The notes beneath the pieces are model-generated. The model was not told the DNA's origin. It searched no databases and saw only the letters and a list, made by a program, of their open reading frames with translations. Both the position numbers and the translations under genes were made by a program. A stretch of DNA of 52,333 bases from Nitrososphaerota archaeon. Lineage in GTDB: Archaea; Thermoproteota; Nitrososphaeria; Nitrososphaerales; Nitrosopumilaceae. The stretch spans positions 1-52,333 of the forward strand of contig JAEFDA010000104.1 of assembly GCA_016126025.1 (NCBI GenBank), in the 5' to 3' direction. Below, one piece after another: positions 26,845 through 34,807 of this stretch (positions within the stretch are counted from its first letter, which is position 1; the number at the start of each line of letters is the position of its first letter).

Positions 26845-27392
26845 CTGCGCTCTGATGGCAGATGGTATCTTTACCCATCCGCCCTCGTCAATTACTGTTT
26901 TTCACACATTTGAGGAATGCCCAATCCCATGCTGAATTACCGCCGGCATCTTATATAGATCTAGGGTGAACCGGGACATTCTAGCGACCCGAAGCCGGCC
27001 GGGACAGAGTGACCCGGAATGGAGGCCGCTGTCAGATCCGACGCTTGGCGGAGTTGGCTGCCGGAACCGGCCGGTACACTCCCGTCCCAGTCAGGCTTAG
27101 GTCACGCGGATGTTCCAGTCCACTTGGTGCGTAATACAGAATACCAGAGGGGGGAGATGGCAGGTATACTACGCTGGCTTGCGTCGGCGGCGCCGGTGGC
27201 GGCGGCTGCGTCTAGGCGGCGGACGCGCAGTACGACCCGCCCGGGAACTCTAACACCACGCTGCCCGGTACCAGCAACAACCAGCCCACCGGCATCTGGC
27301 CTACGCCGCCACGTATTGTCCCGGGCACCGCTTATGCACTAGGCCAGCACTCTCTGCTGTTTTAAATAACCCAGCCCCCCATCATACCACAG

Positions 27393-28580
27393 TTGGATTA
27401 CCGCTTCAGACTGGCCAAGCGCATGCTCTTCAACAAGAAGGGCAGCCTCATTGGGGCGGTGCTGGCCGTGACCATAGGCATACTGGTGTTACATGTCAAC
27501 TTTGTGATATTCCAGGGGCTGTACGACGCCATAGTGCGGGACATCACCGACTACCACAACGGAGACATACTGGTCACAGACGAGGCCAGCCTGATAGACA
27601 AGACCGACACCACCATACTGAACTGGTTTGAGCGCATACCATACGTGGAGGCGGCGGCGCCCCGGCTCTCCGCAACCGGCGAGATAAACATAACCAAGAA
27701 CGGCCAGCTGATCCAGGAGACGCGGGTGCCCCTGCTGGGGGTGGACCCACTCCGGGACGTAAGGGCGTCGACGGCGCACCAGACCGTTTCGGAGGGGAGC
27801 TACGTGTACGCGCGCAACTCCATAGTGCTGGGCGCCAACGTGGCCCGGGACCTGGGGGACGTGCGGCTGGGCGACAGCATACGGGTGGGCGTGACCGACA
27901 GGTGGGGCGAGGATCAGGTGCGCCGCTTCATAGTCTCGGGCATAACCAGCTCGCCGGGCGGCCAGGGCCTGGACTTTAGGGCCGTGGTACACATAGACAC
28001 GCTCCGGGACATGATGGCCCGGGAGGGGTACACCGGTTCCATAATGGTAAAGATGAACGACCCGGCCCGGGCCATCGAGGTCCGGGACAGGTTCCTGCTG
28101 TCCTTCCCCAACGACGACTTTGTTGCCGAGACCATAGAGGAGTCCGCCGAGCAGCAGCTGGCAGGCTTCCGCTCCGGCATAGCCATGATAAACATGATCG
28201 GGTACTTCGGGATGATGTCCTCGGCCTTTGCCATAGTCACCATACAGATGATGCTGGTCAACGGCAAGACCAAGGAGATCGGGATAATGCGCTCGATAGG
28301 CGCGCGCCGCAAGGACATACTGGTGATATTCCTGATGCAGGGCATGCTCATAGGGTTCATAGGGGCCAGCGTCGGGACGGGGGCCGGGCTGGCGTACACC
28401 TTCTACGCCAAGGAGACCAAGCTCTCGTTCAACAACAGCCTGCCGCTGGAGGTCACCTACGACTGGTACAAGATAGCTCAGACGGCCCTGACGGCGTTCG
28501 CCCTGGCCGTGGTCGCCGCCCTGTACCCGTCGTACAGGGCCACCCGGCTGCTCCCCGTGGAGGCGATGAGATACGGGTAG
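27393..28580 (+). CDS. ABC transporter permease, MacB/LolC/FtsX family
   Basis: 395 aa with a TTG start. 'FRLAKRMLFNKKGSLIGAVLAVTIGI' is TM1. It is followed by a large extracytoplasmic domain and a C-terminal FtsX 3-TM bundle ('EIGIMRSIGARRKDIL'). Confidence 0.88.
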   Translation: MDYRFRLAKRMLFNKKGSLIGAVLAVTIGILVLHVNFVIFQGLYDAIVRDITDYHNGDILVTDEASLIDKTDTTILNWFERIPYVEAAAPRLSATGEINITKNGQLIQETRVPLLGVDPLRDVRASTAHQTVSEGSYVYARNSIVLGANVARDLGDVRLGDSIRVGVTDRWGEDQVRRFIVSGITSSPGGQGLDFRAVVHIDTLRDMMAREGYTGSIMVKMNDPARAIEVRDRFLLSFPNDDFVAETIEESAEQQLAGFRSGIAMINMIGYFGMMSSAFAIVTIQMMLVNGKTKEIGIMRSIGARRKDILVIFLMQGMLIGFIGASVGTGAGLAYTFYAKETKLSFNNSLPLEVTYDWYKIAQTALTAFALAVVAALYPSYRATRLLPVEAMRYG

Positions 28581-28590
28581 GATACTGGAG

Positions 28591-29265
28591 GTGGAGTCGC
28601 TGGTCAAGGTGTACGGCCGCGACGAGAGCGCCGTCCGGGCGGTGGACAACGTCTCGTTCGGCGTGGACCGGGGGGAGTTCGTGCTGGTGGTGGGCAGCTC
28701 CGGCTCCGGCAAGTCCACACTGCTGAACCTGGTGGGACTGCTGGACAGCCCCACCTCCGGCCGCATATCCATAGACGGCACCGACACCACGAACATGAAC
28801 GACGGCAAGACCACCACGTTCCGGAACCGCAAGCTGGGCTTCATATTCCAGTTCTCCAACCTCCTGGCGGACCTCACGGTGCTGGAGAACGTGATGCTGC
28901 CCGTCCAGATGGCCGGGGGGAGGGACCCCCGCGGGTACGCCGCCGAGCTGCTGGGGGCCGTGGGGCTGCGGGACCAGATGCACAAGAGGGCCGACCGCAT
29001 ATCGGGGGGGCAGGCGCAGAGGGCCGCCGTGGCCCGGGGGCTGGCCAACAGGCCCAGCCTGGTGCTGGCCGACGAGCCCACCGGGAACCTGGACTCGATA
29101 AACTCCGAGAGCGTGGTGCAGCTGATGAAGTCCATGTGCCAGAAGCTGGGGCAGACGTTCGTGGTGGTGACTCACGACCAGCAGGACTTTGGGGACGTGG
29201 ACCGAATAATCAATATGAGAGATGGGCGGGCGTTTCAGGAGATGGCCCCGGAGGTTGCGCGTTGA
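28591..29265 (+). CDS. ABC transporter ATP-binding protein (MacB/LolD-type)
   Basis: Walker A 'GSSGSGKST', Q-loop, signature 'ISGGQAQRAAVARG', Walker B 'LVLADEPTGNLD'. Confidence 0.92.
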   Translation: MESLVKVYGRDESAVRAVDNVSFGVDRGEFVLVVGSSGSGKSTLLNLVGLLDSPTSGRISIDGTDTTNMNDGKTTTFRNRKLGFIFQFSNLLADLTVLENVMLPVQMAGGRDPRGYAAELLGAVGLRDQMHKRADRISGGQAQRAAVARGLANRPSLVLADEPTGNLDSINSESVVQLMKSMCQKLGQTFVVVTHDQQDFGDVDRIINMRDGRAFQEMAPEVAR

Positions 29266-30569
29266 TATACCAGGCGGCGGCCGCATCGCTGCTGGCCGCA
29301 TCGCTGTGCGGCGTGGCCGCCGGGCAGGAGTTCGGGGGGTTCGGCGACTCGCCGTTCGAGAGGGACTTTGCCGACGTAAAGTATCTGGACTCGTACTTTG
29401 GGACGTTCGAGTCCAAGGTGGAGGTGGCCCCCGGCGACCAGAACGTGCCGTTTACGGTGGTGCTGGCCAACGTGGGCACCCAGGACATCACCGGGATACG
29501 CGGCGAGCTCTCCATGCCGTACGGCTTCTCGCCGGCAGAGGGGACCGGGCTGGTGGTGGTGGCCGACAGCAACACCAACTCGCTGGCCGGGGAGATATTC
29601 CACCTGACGTTCTACGTGGACGTGGAGCCGCACGCCCAGATACAGGAGTACCCGGCCGCCGTCAAGGTGGAGTACTCCCGAATACGGGAGTCGGGCGTGC
29701 GGAACTCGTTCTTCGACTTTTACTTTATGGTGCCCGGCAGCGGCGTGCTGCACGTCAGGACGCTGGACCAGTTTCTCTTCTCGCTGCAGCCCAATACGGT
29801 ACGCATCGAGATAGCCAACAACGGCACCGCGCCGCTCTCCAACACCGACATCAGGACGCCGGACGCGGCCATGTCGGCGGGCTCCCCGTCCAACCTGGAG
29901 AACGTGGTGGTGTACGAGTCCAGCTGGGACGTGGGCAACATAGGCCCCAGCTCCTCGGAGACCATACAGATGACCGTGTACATCCCCGAGACGCTGAGCG
30001 GCCAGACCCTGCGGCTGCCGCTGGAGATCTCATACATAGACGCGCACGGCGACGCCGTCAGCGAGCTCCGCACCGTCGACTTTTACGTGCGGGGCCTGGT
30101 GGACCTGGCCGTGTACGGGGTGGAGACCTTCTCCATATCAGATACCACCATGATAGTGGGCGAGATAATCAACGAGGGCAACGAGGACGCCCTGTTTGCG
30201 TTCGTGACGGTGGAGCCGGCCGGCGCCTCCAACATAGCGGGCAGTACGCAGTTCATAGACGAGATAGACACGGACTCGCCGGTCCCCTTCAACATTCCCC
30301 TGGAGTTCGACGGGCCGCCCGCATACGGCGAGCACGATATCGTGGTTACGGTGCGGTACAAGGATGACATCCGAGAGGAGCACTTTCTGGTGCACCCGGT
30401 CACCATAACGGTGGCCGAGCCGCCCCCCACAAACGAGGAGTCGGTGATACCCGGACTGGAGGCCGACTCGCCGATCTCCGACTCCGTGGTGATGGCCGCC
30501 GCCGCCGTAGCCGTGGCGATCATAGTGGCGGTGCTGGTGGCGGCCCGGCGCCGCGGGCGCCGCAGCTAG
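29262..30569 (+). CDS. Exported CARDB/S-layer-domain-like protein with C-terminal TM anchor
   Basis: The TTG at 29262 overlaps the ATPase stop (TTGA). Signal 'AAAASLLAASLCGVAAG'. Repeated 'V..G....V.V.N.G...' beta-sandwich-like modules. C-terminus 'VVMAAAAVAVAIIVAVLVAARRRGRR'. Confidence 0.75.
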   Translation: MIYQAAAASLLAASLCGVAAGQEFGGFGDSPFERDFADVKYLDSYFGTFESKVEVAPGDQNVPFTVVLANVGTQDITGIRGELSMPYGFSPAEGTGLVVVADSNTNSLAGEIFHLTFYVDVEPHAQIQEYPAAVKVEYSRIRESGVRNSFFDFYFMVPGSGVLHVRTLDQFLFSLQPNTVRIEIANNGTAPLSNTDIRTPDAAMSAGSPSNLENVVVYESSWDVGNIGPSSSETIQMTVYIPETLSGQTLRLPLEISYIDAHGDAVSELRTVDFYVRGLVDLAVYGVETFSISDTTMIVGEIINEGNEDALFAFVTVEPAGASNIAGSTQFIDEIDTDSPVPFNIPLEFDGPPAYGEHDIVVTVRYKDDIREEHFLVHPVTITVAEPPPTNEESVIPGLEADSPISDSVVMAAAAVAVAIIVAVLVAARRRGRRS

Positions 30570-30647
30570 CCGGGGGCATGGACTCGCGTCTCCAAAGCTG
30601 TTCTGGGCCGCATTCGCTTTTATAACGTCCCCACACAGCCGGCTCCG

Positions 30648-32204
30648 TTGAAGAGACTGCTGGCGGCGCTGGCCGCTATACTGGTATTGGGCATGTCCTC
30701 TGCGTACGCCCAGCTGGACGACACCCTGGTGGTGCTGTACACCGAGCAGGGCATGCTGGTCATAGAGCTGTTTCCGGCCGACGCGCCCGGCCACGCGGCA
30801 AACTTTGCGGCGCTGACCGAGCAGGGCTTCTACGACGACACGCTCTTCCACAGGATAATCCCCGGATTCATGATACAGGGCGGGGACCCCAACACCCGGT
30901 CCGACTCGGGGACCTCCCCGGACCAGTGGGGCACCGGGGGGCCGGACTTCCGGCTGGATGCCGAGTTCAACACCATAATGCACAACCGGGGCATAGTGTC
31001 CATGGCCCGCTCCACCAGCCCCGACAGCGCCGGCTCGCAGTTCTTTATAGTGCACCAGGACTCCAACTTTCTGGACGCCCAGTATACGGTATTCGGGCGG
31101 CTGGCGACCCAGGACAGCTACGACACCTTGGACGCGATAGCGGCGGTGCGGACGGTGGAGAACGACCGCCCCGCCGACCCCGGGACGGTCAGGGTGATAA
31201 CCAGCGAGACGCTGACCCGGGCCGAGGCCGCATCCTCGGGCATGGTGCTGCTGGACCAGGGGCCGCCGGCCCGCATACAGCCCACCGAGCCGCCGGCGCC
31301 GCCCAGCCGGGAGTACGAGAGCGAAGAGCTGAACCTCGCGCTGGCGTTCCCGGAGGGCTGGGTCATACAGGCGGTGGGCGGAGACGGACTTCCGGACGTG
31401 GTGGCGGTGGCGCCCATGCTGGGGGCGATCCCCTCGTCCATAGCGGTGTACGCGAATATATCAAACGGCACCAGCCTGGACGATGTCATACAGAGCAAGG
31501 TGGAGAACCTCGAGTCTCTCCAGGCGATCAGCCAGTTTGAGATACTCTCCCAGGAGAGGACCGAGGTAGCCGGGCGGGAGATGTTCGTGCTGGACGCCCA
31601 GGACCTCTTTGAGACGCAGGGCGGCATCACCCAGATAAAGTACAGGGAGGTGACCACTGTGGTGGGCGATACGGTATACACGTTCCTGTTCACCGGCGAC
31701 GCGAACATCTTTGACGCGGACCTGCCCCTGTTCGAGGAGACCGTCTCGTCGTTTAGGGTGCTGGTCGAGCCCTCCTCTCCCCAGCTTCCCTTCGGCGGCG
31801 GCTGCCTCATAGCGACGGCCGCCTTCGGCTCGGAGATGGCCCCGCAGGTGCAGCAGCTCCGCGAGCTCCGCGACGGCTCCCTGATACGTACGGAGGCGGG
31901 GCGCGGCTTTATGGAGTGGTTCCATGCCATATACTACTCGTTCAGCCCGGCGGTGGCCGACTACGAGAGGGAGAACCCCATGTTTCGCGAGATGGTCCGG
32001 CTGGCCATAACCCCGATGATATCCATACTGTCAATTCTGAACCATGCCGACATGGAGACCGAGGAGGGGGCCGTCCTGTACGGCTCGGCGGCCATATCCT
32101 TGGTAGTTTTGGCGTATCTGGGCGCGCCAATGGTAACGCTGTACTGGCTGTGGCGTCTGGCGCGCCGTCGACATTACGCGCGGGCGGCGTCCGTGTCCGG
32201 ATAG
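30648..32204 (+). CDS. Exported cyclophilin-type peptidyl-prolyl isomerase with extra domains and a C-terminal membrane module
   Basis: 518 aa with a TTG start and signal 'LLAALAAILVLGMSSAYA'. 'FHRIIPGFMIQGGDP' and 'GIVSMARS..PDSAGSQFFI' are cyclophilin motifs. The C-terminus has 'GGGCLIATAAFGSEMAPQVQQLRELRD' followed by two hydrophobic segments. Confidence 0.88.
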   Translation: MKRLLAALAAILVLGMSSAYAQLDDTLVVLYTEQGMLVIELFPADAPGHAANFAALTEQGFYDDTLFHRIIPGFMIQGGDPNTRSDSGTSPDQWGTGGPDFRLDAEFNTIMHNRGIVSMARSTSPDSAGSQFFIVHQDSNFLDAQYTVFGRLATQDSYDTLDAIAAVRTVENDRPADPGTVRVITSETLTRAEAASSGMVLLDQGPPARIQPTEPPAPPSREYESEELNLALAFPEGWVIQAVGGDGLPDVVAVAPMLGAIPSSIAVYANISNGTSLDDVIQSKVENLESLQAISQFEILSQERTEVAGREMFVLDAQDLFETQGGITQIKYREVTTVVGDTVYTFLFTGDANIFDADLPLFEETVSSFRVLVEPSSPQLPFGGGCLIATAAFGSEMAPQVQQLRELRDGSLIRTEAGRGFMEWFHAIYYSFSPAVADYERENPMFREMVRLAITPMISILSILNHADMETEEGAVLYGSAAISLVVLAYLGAPMVTLYWLWRLARRRHYARAASVSG

Positions 32205-32803
32205 CCCCCAGATACATACCCCGTCCGTCCATGCCGCGTACCCGAAAGCCCTTGGACCGGAAGCGGGGCTCTAGGCCGGCGGCCAGCAGTCCTCCCTGGA
32301 ATGACATGCCGAGTCGCACAGCATATCCCCGGAGCCGCGGGGCGCCCTGGCGCACAGATCCGCCCGCGAGTCTCCCGCGTTCCCGTCAGCCACCCCCGAG
32401 CAGCGGGAATATGACAGGACCTACTGTATGGTCCGCATACTATACCAGAACGATATCCGGAGAGCGAAGGTCTTCCGGATCACACAGGAACAAGCCGGAA
32501 TGGCACGACCATACCACGGCATCACCTGCGGAGCGGCCAACCAAACCATCCTGCTGAAGCGGGACGGCATCATATGAGGTGCCGTGGCGGGCTGGCGTGG
32601 GCGGGTGCCGTACGATTTTTAATTACAGATCAGATCTCCGGCACTGCCCCGTCTGCGTATGGCGGATCCCCCCAAACGGAAGAGCATCGTGGTTTGGTCA
32701 CGGCCGGAGCGCTCTGCCGGCGGGTGCTTGGCAACGCCCGGTCCGTCCCGCCAATGCCGGCGGGGCGACGGAAGGATTTGCAGTCCCCAGACGGAACGGC
32801 GCC

Positions 32804-33694
32804 TTACCGCGGGAAATCATAAAACGACTTCACCTCATTTATCATGGCATCGAAGTCGAAACCTCCCGCAAAAGCGGTCTCTTCGAGTTTTGTCCTTTTT
32901 TTGTCATCCCTGAGCATTGCGTCAAGGCAGCGTCGGCATTCCTCCACATAGGCTCCCGGTCCCGGCACGTAATTGGCGCACCGCGTCTCGAATAGGCTGC
33001 GCGCCTTCTTCATGTCAATCTTGTTGGATTGAAATATCATAAAAGAATCGTATGCGTCAAAATATTTCCTTTGTCTTGTATTAGATCCTATTACGTGAAG
33101 CTTGGCGGCAAACTGCTCCTCCAAGGACAGGTGCGCAACTACCGGGGGCTCCAGTCCAAGCAGCTCCAGATCGATGATGGTGTTGATCTGGCTTAATACC
33201 GGCATCTCGTGGACGCGGCAGGTCTTGCATACCTCTATCTTTGGACGCTCTATTATGCGGTGGATGTTTTCCAGAGACTGCCGGTATTCCACCGCCACAA
33301 AGTGCAGCCTCTGCTCGTCTCTGGTTATGCTGACCCGCGTGTTGCATCCCCTTGCGGCGCCGTATTCCGCAATGTCGCCCTTCAAGCTGCTCACGTCTCT
33401 GTAACTAAATCCCTCTGGCGTGTTTGGATCAAAGTCGGCATCAAACGAGAATCGATGGCTTGCCAGCGGTACGGCGCTTCTGACAGACAGCCCGCCCTTC
33501 AAGACGAGTCTCTTTCTGTAGTACCCGTCCCGCATGTTGGTTATCGCGTACAGCATGTCCATCGCGCACAGTTCGGAGAGGATGAACGGCGCAAAATCTT
33601 TCTCTGCAAAACGCCCGTAGTATTCGTCCTTGACCATCACGGCTGGCTCGTGCAAATTAACCAGCCTGTCATCAATAAAGAAGAAGACGCCCAT
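32804..33694 (-). CDS. AbiEii/AbiGii-like nucleotidyltransferase toxin (DUF1814 family)
   Basis: 296 aa. 'LVLKGGLSVRSAVPLASHRFSFDADFD' matches the family hallmark (KGG.a.......R.S.D.Df) and the pol-beta NTase GG...DxD pattern. Confidence 0.75.
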   Translation of the reverse strand: MGVFFFIDDRLVNLHEPAVMVKDEYYGRFAEKDFAPFILSELCAMDMLYAITNMRDGYYRKRLVLKGGLSVRSAVPLASHRFSFDADFDPNTPEGFSYRDVSSLKGDIAEYGAARGCNTRVSITRDEQRLHFVAVEYRQSLENIHRIIERPKIEVCKTCRVHEMPVLSQINTIIDLELLGLEPPVVAHLSLEEQFAAKLHVIGSNTRQRKYFDAYDSFMIFQSNKIDMKKARSLFETRCANYVPGPGAYVEECRRCLDAMLRDDKKRTKLEETAFAGGFDFDAMINEVKSFYDFPR

Positions 33695-33697
33695 CTA

Positions 33698-34474
33698 TCA
33701 ACCGTCAGCTCCGCCAGCGTCCTTCAGGTAAGGGATGCCGCCCATTCGCTGTGGGCGATCGCCGCCTGCAAGCCTTACGGACACGCGCCTTGACCTGCTT
33801 CCAAAGTGCAAACTCTCCCGCACGATGGATTCCATCAGGCCAAGAAACGGCTTGTAGGTGAATATTTTCATTTCCGCCGAACCCATTGGGGTTCCGGGCT
33901 CGTAGTCCGCCAGATGGCGTGCGTGCGGTCCGCCCACATATGACGGGACCGTGTTGAACAGAACGGACGTATCGTCACTGACATCCATCCACGACCTGGC
34001 CGCAGCCAGATACCTTGTAAGCCACGCATGGGCCGGCGAATCCTCCACTGCGGCCGCCATGCCGCCACTCATCCTTACAATCCCCACACCCTCCATGCGC
34101 CTCAATGCGTCGCGCACAGCCTTTGCGCTAAAACGGCACTCTCTTGCTAAATGCGCCCCGCGTCTGGGAGAGTCTGCAACTAACGCCAGGAATAGAACGT
34201 ACGGAACCCTGTTGCCCAGAACACCGATCTGATGCCTGTCCACACGCAACGGCATCGTCACCACATGCATGTTTGGGAGGCTCTCCACAAACGTCCCGCG
34301 GCTGCCGATTATGCCCTCTTCCTTGAGCTTTGACTTGATCCTGTAAAACTGCTTGCTGTACTTGGGATATCCAAGCCTCGTACCCATATCGGGCGGCTTT
34401 TTCTGGCTTAGCAGGTGCCTCATCCGGTACATCTTCCTGATGGTGTAGGCATGCCTTATCTGCTCGTACAGCAT
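33698..34474 (-). CDS. AbiEi-like antitoxin / winged-helix transcriptional regulator
   Basis: 258 aa, ending 3 nt upstream of the NTase gene. wHTH-like segment 'RRGAHLARECRFSAKAVRDALRRMEGVGIVRM'. The position and size fit AbiEi. Confidence 0.6.
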   Translation of the reverse strand: MLYEQIRHAYTIRKMYRMRHLLSQKKPPDMGTRLGYPKYSKQFYRIKSKLKEEGIIGSRGTFVESLPNMHVVTMPLRVDRHQIGVLGNRVPYVLFLALVADSPRRGAHLARECRFSAKAVRDALRRMEGVGIVRMSGGMAAAVEDSPAHAWLTRYLAAARSWMDVSDDTSVLFNTVPSYVGGPHARHLADYEPGTPMGSAEMKIFTYKPFLGLMESIVRESLHFGSRSRRVSVRLAGGDRPQRMGGIPYLKDAGGADG

Positions 34475-34477
34475 GTT

Positions 34478-34524
34478 GTTACTAAATGTACAAAGTTATA
34501 TAAATATTCAGTACAAAAAGTAAC
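34478..34524 (-). promoter_or_regulatory. Promoter of the AbiE-like operon: TATA box bracketed by an imperfect 14-bp inverted repeat
   Basis: GTTACTAAATGTAC (34478-34491) and GTACAAAAAGTAAC (34511-34524) match at 11 of 14 positions as reverse complements. They flank AGTTATATAAATATT, which is centred about 27 nt from the ATG at 34474. Confidence 0.5.
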
Positions 34525-34807
34525 CTAATCGCACAGCCTCGGCAAAACTCGTGCAATGCTGGAAACCGGCGTGCGCATGGTACTGGCCATAAAGAATGTA
34601 AAAACAGGCGACAAACAGAAAGGCTCAGATCACCCGGTCTCCCCCGTGCCCCCGTGCCGAAGGCAGTGCCGGTAAAGAGGGGAGAAGGGCGCCTTCCCGG
34701 CGTGCCGCCGGCCAAACTCAAGGCGCTCATATTCCAAATGTTTGGGGTGGTTGATCGAACCGCACACACCGTCCAACCACCATTTCGGTGGTGGACGGCA
34801 TCAAAAT

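Noticed and set aside
32205-32803. A 600-nt GC-rich interval between the cyclophilin gene and the AbiE-like islet, with only spurious-looking ORFs. A 49-codon ORF starts at about 32439 (MVRILYQNDIRRAKVFRITQEQ...).
   Set aside because: No recognisable motif, promoter or conserved feature. It may be a decayed gene or an integration scar, but nothing can be supported from the sequence alone.
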